From positions 20,502,808 through 20,537,367 of the forward strand of contig NC_057720.1 in assembly GCF_004010195.1 (NCBI RefSeq): a DNA stretch of 34,560 nt, given 5' to 3'. Positions 1-10,410 of the stretch are shown in pieces. The position numbers and the translations under genes are program-made. The notes below the pieces were generated by a model. The model made no database searches and was not told the DNA's origin. It was given only the letters and a program-made list of their open reading frames with translations. How positions within the stretch are numbered: position 1 is the first letter of the stretch; the number at the start of each line of letters is the position of its first letter. Source of the stretch: Chiloscyllium plagiosum. Lineage: Eukaryota.

Positions 1-369
1 AAAAAACATTTACAGCTGTACATAAGAGACAGCAATTTTACAAGGGAGTGGAGCAGCAAAGCCAGGCCCCAAACCCTACCATACATTTTTCAGGGACATG
101 AGGACAAACCTCAAATCCCAGTTTCACAAAGATATAAGGAGACAACAGCAGTGAGAGTTGTACATTAGATAGTACTGTTACATACAAAAGTGCAGACAAT
201 ACAGACCCAGCAAGCCCCCATCCCTCCCACCTTCCGACCACTCTAAGGCAGCCCGCCCCTACCCACCTTCTGGTTCTCGGTCCACCCCATGCCCCTTCCA
301 GTTCTCAGTCTGCCTTGACACACCTTTCGACCACCTCTAGGACAGCCCGCCCCAGTACCCGCCCAGGGT
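1..369 (-). mobile_element. Family A non-coding retroposed element, copy A1 (3' end outside window)
   Basis: Aligns by eye with 383-792 and 2634-3045 and has the same right junction CAGGGT|ACTCCTCTGTTAA. Confidence 0.75.
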
Positions 370-382
370 ACTCCTCTGTTAA

Positions 383-792
383 TTTTTTTTTTATTTTATT
401 ACACAAATTACAAAACAGTTTACAAAAAACATTGACAGCTGTACACAAAAGACAGCAGTTTTACAAGGGAGAGGAGCAGCAAAGCTAGGCCCCGAACCCT
501 ACCGTTCAACCATTTTACAGGGAGAGGAGGACAAACCTCAAATCCCAGTTGCACATATGACAAGACAGTGACAATGACATTTGTACATTAGACAATACCA
601 TTACATACAAAAGTGCAGAGAATACAGACCCAGCAAGCCCCCATCCCTCCCACCTTCCGACCACTCTAAGGCAGCCCGCCCCTACCCACCTTCTGGTTCT
701 CGGTCCACCCCATGCCCCTTCCAGTTCTCAGTCCGCCCTGACACACCTTTCGACCACCTCTAGGACAGCCCGCCCTAGTACCCGCCCAGGGT
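383..792 (-). mobile_element. Family A element, copy A2 (about 410 bp)
   Basis: Minus strand ends TAATAAAATAA + poly(A). Flanked by the 13-bp repeat on both sides. Contains internal direct repeats GGGGCGGGCTG..TAGA..TGGTCG and GGACCGAGAAC.GGAAGG. Confidence 0.8.
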
Positions 793-1043
793 ACTCCTCT
801 GTTAATTTTTTTTTCAGTGAAAGACACAAAGTGCTCCCTCCTGTGTATTTTTTTTCTTTTATGCACTCCACCTCCCTCCTGTGTATTTCATTTTTTTTCA
901 GGAAGATAGGAAAACACCTGGGTTCTCCTGGTTACTCTTTTTCTTCAGACCTACCCTTTCTCCCGGTTATATATTTTTTTTCTTTGTTTCTTCTTTTTTT
1001 TATAGAACCTCAGACAGTCCTGTTTATTTTATTTTTTTTTTCT

Positions 1044-2620
1044 TAACCCCCACACTACCACCTAAGTGCGGTAGTGCTTATTTTATCCCCAGTACCCATG
1101 GTGTGTGTGTGCAGGTGTGAGACACAGTGAAAGACACAAAGTGCACCAATCTTTATTCAATTTCCACCACCAGGAAGATAGGAAAACACCCGGGTGGCCT
1201 GTGACAAGCACTGCCCTTCACATCAAGGGACAGTGCTGTGTGATCAAAACAGTGAAGGGGAGGGTAGGGACTAAATCAAAATAGAATTGGAAGGAGAAAC
1301 TGGACTGTGTTTATTTTTTTTTATATTTTTTTTAGTGCTTATTTTATCCCCAGCACCCATGGTGTGTGTGTGCAGGTGTGAGACACAGTGGAAGACACAA
1401 AGTGCACAAATCTTTATTCAAATTCCACCACCAGGAAGATAGGAAAACACCCGGGTGGCCAGTGACAAGCACTGCCCTTCACATCAAGGGACAGTGCTGT
1501 GTGAACTCCTCTGTTAATTTTTTTTTTCTTTTTTTTTAGTGCTGTGTGATCAAAACAGTGAAGGGGAGGGAATTCCTTGTTAATTTTTTTTTTTAGCACT
1601 TTACTTTTCTTTTTTTCTTTACTTCTCTCTTTTTTTCCACACTACCACCTAAGTGCGGTAGTGCTTATTTTTTTCCCCAGCACCCATGGTGTGTGTGTGC
1701 AGGTGTGAGACACAGTGGAAGACACAAAGTGTACGAATCTTTATTGAAGTTCCACCACCAGGAAGATAGGAAAACACCCGGGTGGCCAGTGACAAACACT
1801 GCCCTTCACATCAAGGGACAGTGCCGTGTGAACTCCTCTGTTAATTTTTTTTTTGTTTTTTTCTTTTTTTTTTCTTTTTTTTTCCTCCGACCTAATTCCC
1901 TGTTGTTTTCTTTTTTTTTAATTTTAACCCCCACACTATCACCTAAGTGCGGTAGTGCTTATTTTATCCCCAGAACCCATGGTGTGTGTGTGCAGGTGTG
2001 AGACACAGTGAAAGACAAAGTGCACGAATCTTTATTCAATTTCCACCACCAGGAAGATAGGAAAACACCCGGGTGGCCAGTGACAAACACTGCCCTTCAC
2101 ATCAAGGGACAAACTCCTCTGTTAATTTTCTTTTTTTCTCCTGTTTATTTTCTTTTAACCCACACACTACCACCTAAGTGCGGTAGTGCTTATTTTATCC
2201 CCAGCACCCATGGTGTGTGTGCAGGTGGGAGACACAGTGGAAGACACAAAGTGCACGAATCTTTATTCAATTTCCACCACCAGGAAGATAGGAAAACACC
2301 CGGGTGGCCAGTGACAAACACTGCCCTTCACATCAAGGGACAAACTCCTCTGTTAATTTTTTTTTCTTTTTTTTTCTTTTTTTTTGCTTCTTTGGGCAGT
2401 GCTGTGTGAACATTCCTGTTTATCTTTTTTTTTCTTTTTCAGGATCCCAGTTGTTTGCGGTAGTGCTTATTTTATCCCCAGCACCCATGGTGTGTGTGCA
2501 GGTGGGAGACACAGTGGAAGACACAAAGTGCACGAATCTTTATTCAATTTCCACCACCAGGAAGATAGGAAAACACCCGGGTGGCCAGTGACAAACACTG
2601 CCCTTCACATCAAGGGACAA
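1044..2620 (-). mobile_element. Six copies of family B element (about 1044-1300, 1333-1504, 1637-1831, 1924-2112, 2155-2343, 2457-2620), probably the 3' UTR of a site-specific non-LTR retrotransposon
   Basis: Near-identical core CCCAGCACCCATGG..GACACAAAGTGCAC..CAGGAAGATAGGAAAACACCCGGGTGGCC..CATCAAGGGACA. Internal AATAAA and a 3' hairpin on the minus strand, T-tracts at left, variable 5' truncation. No ORF, so the clade (Tx1-like?) is inference. Confidence 0.75.
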
Positions 2621-2633
2621 ACTCCTCTGTTAA

Positions 2634-3045
2634 TTTTTTTTTTTATTTTATTAAACAAATTACAAAACAGTTTACAAAAAAACATTGACAGCTGTACACA
2701 AAAGACAGCAATTTTACAAGGGAGAGGAGCAGCAAAGCTAGGCCCTGAACCCTACCGTTCAACCAATTTACAGGGAGAGGAGGACAAACCTCAAATCCCA
2801 GTTCGACATATGACAAGACAGTGACAATGACATTTGTACATTAGACAATACCGTTACATACAAAAGTGCAGACAATACAGACCCAACAAGCCCCCGCCCC
2901 TCCCACCTTCCGACCACTCTAAGGCAGCCCGCCCCTACCCACCTTCCGGTTCTCGGTCCACCCCATGCCCCTTCCAGTTCTCGGTCCGCCCTGACACACC
3001 TTTCGACCACCTCTAGGACAGCCCGCCCCGGTACCCGCCCAGGGT
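2634..3045 (-). mobile_element. Family A element, copy A3
   Basis: T-tract from 2634, body homologous to A2, flanked by the 13-bp repeat at 2621 and 3046. Confidence 0.8.
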
Positions 3046-3151
3046 ACTCCTCTGTTAATATTGGTCAGCCAGTACCTCCTGATTGGTCCAGGTTAACAAC
3101 CCCAATCAAGAGTTCATATCCAATGATATCCACCTGGTTCCAATCACTACA
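3046..3151 (-). mobile_element. 5' (U3) part of a probable LTR, the target of the array
   Basis: Minus strand begins TGTAGTGATTGG (TG start typical of LTRs). CCAAT boxes at 3086-3082 and 3064-3060 are followed by TATTAACAGAGGAG. It abuts an unrelated CR1 remnant on the right. Confidence 0.55.
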
Positions 3152-3600
3152 CCCACATATTCAACTTGTCTACATTGTCCTGAAATGTCCTTGCATCCTC
3201 CTCATAATTCACAATCCCACTTACTTTTGTGTCTTCAAAGAAACCTGGAAATATTGCATTTGGATCCCTCATCCAAGTCATTTATATATATCCTGACTAG
3301 CTGGGGCCAAGCCCTGATCTCTGCAGTATATCATTCGTTACTACCTACCACCTGGAAAACAAACTATTTATTCCCGCTTTCTGTTCCTGGTCCATCAACC
3401 AATTCTCAATCCATGGCAGCACATTACCGCCAACCCTATGTGCTTGGATTTTTTCCACAAACCTCTTACATGGGATCTTAATAAATGCCTTCTTGAAATC
3501 AAAATGCACCACATCCACCAGTTCTCTCTTATCTATGCTATTAGTTACATTTTCACATTACTCCTGTAGATTATATAAACATGATTTCCCTTTCCACAAA
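3152..3600 (-). mobile_element. Highly decayed CR1 RT fragment
   Basis: Resembles the reverse complement of the CR1 QGSVLGP..IYINDLDEG..KFADDTK region (TCATCCAAGTCATTTATATATA; CTGGGGCCAAGCCCTGATC). Confidence 0.6.
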
Positions 3601-3759
3601 CTGTGTTCTGGAGTATACGGCACGAGCCATTTTACAAATATGAAATAGCTGATAATAAGTGAGTAGGATTAATTTCACTTTTTCTTCCACAACCTCCAAC
3701 CTCCACATGACCCAAGAAAGGCAGCATTCCATCTCATAACATTTACAAAAAAAAACATT

Positions 3760-4068
3760 CGTAGGCGATGGCTGGGCCAGTATTTATTGTCATTCCTAGT
3801 TACCCTTGAGGAAGTGGTGGTGAGCTGACTTATTAAACCACTGCCATCCATGTGCTGTCGGAGGACCTCCCAATCCTATCCCAACAATGCCATGAGGAGG
3901 GAATTCCAGGATTTTGACACTAAGGAATGACAACATAGTCCCCAGTCAGGATGGTGACTGGCTTGGAGGGGAACTTGCAGGTGATGGCCTTTCTATGTAT
4001 CTGCTGCCCTTGTCCTTCTAGATGGACATGAGCTTGGAAGGTAATGGCTAAGGAGCCTTGGTATATTT
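3760..4068 (-). mobile_element. 3' end of a CR1/L2-group LINE
   Basis: Reverse-complement homolog of 15700-15985 (AGAAGGACAAGGGCAGCAGATACA; CAAGCCA.TCACCATCCTGACT; CAGCTCACCACCAC.TCCT). Confidence 0.7.
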
Positions 4069-5473
4069 TGTGAAATGCTGACATTTCAATATAGGAGGAA
4101 AACAGTTCCAGGCCCTTATACAGCTTGAGATATATGGAATGTGTTTGTGAATTGTGGACAGCAGGTGACAATTGATAGGTCACTTAAGTTTAAATATATT
4201 TCTCAGAGATTGCTAGGATTCATTTGCAATTATTAGCGTAATATCATTCATTTTAGAGTTTGGATATGAGCTAGTGGCATTTGGGTTTTGATCTGGATGT
4301 GTAAAGATGTTTAATGATTAACTTGTAGTTATTTCTGTAGCCATGGTTATTTATTTAAAATCACAGTCTGAGAAAGGTAATCCTTGGAGGGTAATGCCAA
4401 TATGTTTACAATGGGGGAGTTTTTACAACTGAAGAAAATAAACAATAATACATAGGCTTTCGGTTTAGAAGGTCGGGGTGGATTTATAGAGTCATAGAGT
4501 CAGCACAGAATCAGACCCGTCAGTCCAACTAGTCCATGCTGAACAAGTTTTCCAAAATAAATTAGTCTCACTTACCTGCATGTGGCCCATATCCCTCTAA
4601 ATGTTTCCTATTCATACCTGTCCAAATGTCTTTTAAATGTTGTAAGTGTACCTGCGTCTATCACTTCCTCTGGCAGTTCATTCCATATAGTAACCACCCA
4701 TTGTGGGAAAAAGTTGCTCCTCAGGCCCCTCACCTTAAAAATAATCCCTTTAGTTTTGAATTCACCCACCCCAGCGAAAAGATCTTTGCTATTCATTTTA
4801 TCTATACCTCTCATGATTTTATAAACCTTTATAAGGTCACTCCATAACCTTCTATGCTCCATTGAAAAATGCCCTAGCCTATCCTGCCCATAAAGCTTTT
4901 TGGTTTCAGACTGATAGGTTTTCAAAAGATTTGGCTGAGGCTGGATGTGTTAACTAATTGATCCTATGAAAAGGAAATAGCTTAAAACTGTTGAAAAAGG
5001 AGTTATCTCCGTGTAATGAATTTAATTTTAAAGTTCCAAACCAAAAGTGTTTGGTTAAAATTCTGAAGGGGTTATTTGAAGTTGAGAAAAGTGGTGTCCA
5101 GTTGTAGGAACACTCAACAAAAACTAAGAGATTCTGAAAATTGGAAACTGACGCCATGATTAGGTCAAGCCCTATGGATGTGATGAAGAAGGACATTCTC
5201 TCTGTAAGTAGATGCTATTGAGATTAACGTGATTGTACTTTTTATTGAGTGCTAACATGTGTGTTATGTGTAAATAGCTCAGTTATTTTATTTTATCTTC
5301 ATTTCTTTTGCCTAATATACTTGTGTTTCATTGTTAAAACCAAATCTGCTGCATTGCATGATTGTGTTTCAGTGAAAGTTCACCTCATAAAAACCAAAAA
5401 TAAAACAAACATCAAGCCAGAGTACAGTCTGGAATTTAACTTGTCCAGTAATAACATTAGCTGGGATCATAAT
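4069..5473 (+). mobile_element. Possible old solo LTR interrupted by a CR1 fragment
   Basis: Starts TGTGAAAT where the preceding LINE stops and ends CTGGGATCATAA, resembling gypsy LTR ends (..TAACA). No TSD found. Confidence 0.3.
4487..4890 (-). mobile_element. CR1 LINE 3' fragment
   Basis: ORF 4608-4925 contains RLWSDLIKVYKIMRG..FFPQWVVTIWNELP. Tail repeat AGAGTCATAG. Confidence 0.9.
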
Positions 5474-6192
5474 CCTACAACAAATAATAATTCCAGAAAA
5501 CAATTAGCCAGGAATTTAGGCAGTTATCAACATTCAACATCATTCTACTTCTTGAAGTATATTTTCAAAAGATGTAATGATAAGTCCACAATTTTGCTCG
5601 GGTTCCAAGGCTCATTGAATATGGCCTATGAAAAAAAAATGCAGAAGTGTAGATGACTGCTCAATGGACACATAATATTTTGCTTGTCATAGATGAATAT
5701 GTCTAGATGCATGTGTCTACTTTGGTTTGTTGTTGTAGCTATCAAAGGAAACAGCTTCCTGAATTATATGACAAAGGCAGCAGATGGGGATACTGATGTT
5801 GAACAGAACTGTTGTTACAATCTCTCCAGTACAGTGCCAAGCTTTGTTTGCTAACATTTGTGGATGACATTCAAGCTCTCACGATGAAATTTTTAAAAAG
5901 AGGACAACAGATGTGAGTTTAATTTAAATTGTGTCAAACCCAGCGTTGCAGGTGGCTGTTAATCATCCAACATCTGAAATCATTGCAGTACAACTATAGC
6001 ATGTTAAGTAAGTGCATTTTCTCAAAGTATCTTCATGATACTGCAGCAGTCAGTACAATCATTGTTCATGGGTTTTTTTTCAGACAAGATCTTAATGGTC
6101 ATACTGCGAACTAATTTAACAAAATTAGAAATCATTGAGGATATATCATCAGACCAAATGAAAGAATGATTAAATATACTCAACTGGCAACT

Positions 6193-7624
6193 TAGAGTCA
6201 TAGAGATGTACAGCACGGAAACAGACCCTTCGGGCCATCCTGTCCATGCTGACCAGATATCCCAACCCAATCTAGTCCCACCTGCCAGCACCCGGCCCAT
6301 ATCCCTCCAAACCTTTCTCATTCATATAGGTAAAAACAATGACTGCAGATGCTGGAAACCAGATTCTGGATATGTGGTGCTGGAAGAGCACAGCAGTTCA
6401 GGCAGCATCCAAGGAGATAGGCAGGTAGGACAAGTCATGGGGACAGTGCTGAGCTGGAAGTTTGGAACTAGGGTGAGGTGGGGGAAGGGGAAATGAGGAA
6501 ACTGTTGAAGTCCACATTGATGCCCTGGGGTTGAGGTGTTCCGAGGTGGAAGATGAGGCATTGAAGGTGAAGGAGGCCCAGGACCTCCATGTCCTCGGCA
6601 GAGTGGGAGGGGGAGTTGAAATGTTGGGCCACGGGCCGGTGTGGTTGATTGGTGTGGGTGTGCCGGAGGTGTTCCCTAAAGCGCTCTGCTAGGAGGCGCC
6701 CTGTCTCCCCAATGTAGAGGAGACCGCATCGGGAGCAATGGATACAATAAATGATATTAGTGGATGTGCAAGTAAAACTTTAATGGATGTGGAAGGCTCC
6801 TTTAGGACCTTGGATAGAGGTGAGGGAGGAGGTGTGGGCGCAGATTTTATAGTTCCTGCGGTGGCACCCTCTGTGTGAAAAAGTTATTCCTTAGGTCTCT
6901 TTTATATCTTTCCCCTTTCACCCTAAACCTATGGCCTCTAGTTCTGGACTCCATGACCCCATGGAAAAGACTTTGTCTGTTTATCCTATCCATGCCCCTC
7001 ATGATTTTATAAACCTCTATAAGGTCACCCCTCAGCCTCTGATGCTCCAGGGAAAACAGCCCCAGCCTGTTCAACCTCTCCCTATAGCTCAAATCCTCCA
7101 ACCCTGGCAACATCCTCGTAAATCTTTTCTGAACCCTTTCAAGTTTCGCAACATCCTTCTGATAGGACAGAGACCAGAATTGCCAATATTCCAAAAGTGG
7201 CTTAATCAATGTCCTGTACAGCCACAACATGACCTCCCAACTCCTGTACTCAATACTCTGACCAATAAAGGAAAGCATACCAAATGCCTTCTTCACTATC
7301 CTTTCTACCTGCGACTCTACGTTCAAGGAGCTATGAACCTGCACTCCAAGGTCTCTTTGTTCAGCAACAGTCCCTAAGACCTTACCACTAAGTGTATAAG
7401 TCCTGCCCTGATTTACTTTCCCAACAAGACACACCTCATATTTATCTAAGTTAAACTCCATCTGCCAGTTCTCAGCCCATTGGCCCATCTGATTAAGATC
7501 CCATTGTAATTTGAGGTAACCTTCTTCGCTGTCAACTACACCTCCAATTATGGTGTCATCAGTAAACTTACTAACTATACCCCTTATGCTCACTTCCAGA
7601 TATTTTATGTAAATGATGAAAAGT
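6193..7624 (-). mobile_element. 5'-truncated CR1 LINE interrupted by a Penelope-like fragment at 6328-6865
   Basis: ORF 6847-7593 contains KFTDDT, WQMEFN, ERVQKRFTRM, RLRGDLIEVYKIM. The 3' tail at 6193-6327 matches the copy at 23954. Confidence 0.92.
6328..6865 (-). mobile_element. Penelope-like element 3' fragment (GIY-YIG endonuclease remnant + terminal repeat), internally deleted
   Basis: Minus-strand translation gives FTCTSTNIIYCIHCSRCGLLYIGETGRLLAERFREHL. The terminal repeat AGGTAAAAACAATGACTGCAGATGCTGG is shared with 29737, 30028 and 33808. Confidence 0.88.
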
Positions 7625-8061
7625 ATATGGAATTATTTCCAGCTATGTGTTAGCAAAATGTTGCTTTAGGCAGAGAAATATGCAGTTTCCTCTCCCTGTA
7701 TTACAACTTCAAAATGGATTGAACTCACATGTGAAGAAGCTTCAAAGGACCCTCTTGTTCTCCCTGCAGTTCCTGCAGTGACCATCTTTTTCAGTTGTGC
7801 TGTTGAGGCTGCAGCCCTGCTGACCCTCTGATTGGGCTGAAAGTGAGGAGGATAGCCAGCTAACAGGCTGTCTCTGGGGAGGTTGCCTCCACAGTCCCAT
7901 TGCTGGTAATGTGCAGGCTCTGAAACTGCAGTCAGTCCCTATATCACACCTAACCCCATTCTGAGAAAATCCCTCCCAGTCCATTAAAAATTAGCACATT
8001 GGCGAATCTGTCAGAGAATATACATTCATAATTTTTTAGAAATCTCTCATGGAACTAAGTA

Positions 8062-8274
8062 CAGTAGGCTCCCACCCCGTACCTGCGGGGGTTACGTTCC
8101 AGGACCTACCGTGGAAGGCTGAAACCGCAGATATGAGCGAACCCGTTTAAATGGGAAATGTACCTTCCCAGCAGCCTCCTTTTCCCAGGTTCTGGAATGT
8201 TCCCTTGTATATGTTCAGGTCACGGGTAACTGAAACCATGGAAGACGATTCCGCGGTTTACGGGGGTTGCCCTG
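8062..8274. mobile_element. Tigger/pogo-like MITE (Tc1/mariner superfamily)
   Basis: TA|CAG...CTG|TA ends, imperfect terminal inverted repeats (CCCCGTACCTGCGG / CCGCGGTTTACGGGG), GC-rich island. Confidence 0.7.
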
Positions 8275-8739
8275 TACAAACTCTCACTGTAAATAAGTTA
8301 GATATCAACAATTGAGTTTTATTGGGAAGTGATACTGGGATCCTTTCGAGTGACAGGAATATCAGGTGTTCCCACACAAAGGACCCTGTTTAATGCCCTC
8401 CCCATGGGGATTTTAATGATGCAGAGCATTAAATCAGGCTGGAAGGGTACTGCTGCCTTCCCATCTCCATCACTTTCCAAGCTCTGGCTTTTGCTACAGC
8501 TTTTTATTCCTCATTATTGATTCTGCAAATTGAACCCAGTTCCTTGGGGATGAAACCTGACCGCCAAAGTTCCTAGCTTTCTTCAATTTTCCTCACATTT
8601 CAATCTCCACTAGACCAAGTCTCCAGTCTTGTATTATGTTTCTCTTGGGGTGATAGTTAATGATGGGTTGTGATCATCAAACCCTAATAAGAAAAAGAGA
8701 ACATTCCCATCACCTCACCACTATTTTCTTTGCTGGATA

Positions 8740-10410
8740 TTTGAATGTGTTTAATGCAAAGCTAAAGGGCGATGACACATTTTAGGATAGTGAACATCGT
8801 GATTCATCTCTGGCCAGTACTCAGTGTCATGTGCTCGCTATCCTGTGTATTCAATACCTGGTGTAACAAGCACATGATATCTTGACACAATGCTTATGGC
8901 ATTATGACTTGTTTGCCCTTGGCAATGACTTGTTGCGACTTGTCAGGTTTGTCTCAAATGAACGAATATTCTCAGAAAATTCTTCAATGGTATCAGGCCG
9001 TCCTTGTATAATGGTCTTTTGCAACTTGCGTAGTTGTTCATCGTGGGCAGTTGTAGATTGCAACTACTGACACTGGCCCTGACAAGTGAACACCTTCGAT
9101 TTTATAGACTGGAGTTTTTGCATGTCAATTGAGAGAAACATCTTTGCTTTTATGTGGGTTTTGAGCAATCTGCTTAGCTTGCCAGACATAACTATCCCAA
9201 TGCCTGGTTTATATCTCACACCAAAGCCATATTTTTGCAGCTTCATAACTAGCACACTGGTGCACTCATTGCAACAGATCATTTCTAATGGCTTAGGTTC
9301 TGTTTCAATAGTGAGTTACTTGCCAAATAAACAGGCGTGAAACTGCATGATGCCAAATATTGTCTCATGCTCAACATCGGAATAGTTGGCTTCTGCAGCT
9401 AACAGAGTCTTCAAGCCAAAGGCAATAGGTTTTTAATCTTGCAAAGGTCATGCACCCCCATAGACCTTTTTGTGATTAAGCCTTTCATGGGTTCGTACTA
9501 TTACAAGCAAAATTATGTTGACAGAAGTTGCTCAAGAAAATTGAAGATGTATTGGTAGTTGACATCTACACATAGAGAACGCCCTTTTTGTGCAAGTCTC
9601 TCAGTGTTCATGACGTTGGGAATATGAGATGAGAGGAAATTTTTAAAATCTGAGGCAATGTCACAGATTCTCTTTATCCTGTCAGGTCAGCATTTGCTTA
9701 TCATCTTCAATGTTACCTTGACCAAGATGACTCCATGGGCAGAGTAAATGGAATTTATCTGGCTGACACTGACCTTGTCATTTCCTGCTGTTAAACGTTA
9801 ACACTTGTCATCGTGCTGCTGCAATCAGTGGGTGAAGTTTGTAGTCAATCTCTGCCTTTGTCTTCTTACCCATGATCGTGATTTTGTCAGCAATTCAAAA
9901 ACAGCCAGGAATATTTTCAATAAATCTACCTATTTACTGCTGGAATAGATCTTGACTTACTGAGAGTCCCTTGGAAACAATGCTGTCCAAATGATGTCTC
10001 AAATGGTGTGAGTGCTTGAGATTCTTCTGCTAATTAAACAAGTGTGTTCAGTTTGAAAAAGAACAGTGCTCCAGAAAATTTGGGATTTACTTCTTCCAGT
10101 GTCAGTATCTTGTGTGGACACCTTCCAAGTGAAAGAATCATTGAATCATAGAATCTCTACAGTGTGGAAACAGGACACTCGGCCCAACAAGTCCACACTG
10201 ACTCTCCAAAGAGTAAAGACAACTTGGATCTAAGCCTATACTTGTAATGCAATCTTTCTTTAAATTGTATGTGATGGAACTTTACAATCTATGAGCTGAT
10301 CGACCTTCTGAATTACACCAGCTTGCTCATTTTGAATGCCCCACTATCAGTATTCTGAACGTTACCATTGACTGGAAATTGGACCAGATTACCCATACTG
10401 TGGCCATAAG
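8740..10410 (-). pseudogene. Decayed Ty3/gypsy pol (RT, RNase H, start of integrase)
   Basis: Minus-strand motifs in gypsy order: GLDP, RCPHKILTLEE, GLSVSQDLFQQ, IADKI (degenerate IADD), PIAF..EANYS, KPLEMI, VRYKPG..LSRL, RAHDTEYWPEM. Many stops and frameshifts. Confidence 0.8.
10135..10216 (-). mobile_element. SINE/LINE 3' tail fragment inserted in the gypsy RT
   Basis: GAATCATAGAATCTCTACAGTGTGGAAACAGG..GGCCCAACAAGTCCACAC matches SINE tails at 27631 and 24776. Confidence 0.7.

Larger units (their letters stand above)
1..3058 (-). repeat. Compound head-to-tail array of poly(A)-tailed retroelement ends (families A and B) separated by an exact 13-bp repeat
   Basis: ACTCCTCTGTTAA starts at 370, 793, 1505, 1832, 2113, 2344, 2621 and 3046. 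The first seven are followed directly by a T-tract (poly(A) on the minus strand). The array runs off the left edge of the window. Confidence 0.9.

Noticed and set aside
581..3016. Short ORFs in the array (e.g. 2008-2409, 2384-2824)
   Set aside because: They are translations of repeats and T-tracts on the antisense strand with no domain motifs.
370..3058. CRISPR-like repeat/spacer appearance
   Set aside because: The context is eukaryotic with no cas genes, the repeat is only 13 bp, and the spacers are unequal and poly(A)-tailed. TSDs explain it better.
5739..5912. Candidate exon (TGTAG acceptor, GTGAGT donor)
   Set aside because: There are stops in all three frames, and FVDD and CAGATG.GAGTTTAAT suggest a decayed CR1 RT.
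7690..7745. Possible DeuSINE 3' remnant
   Set aside because: Too short and diverged to support.
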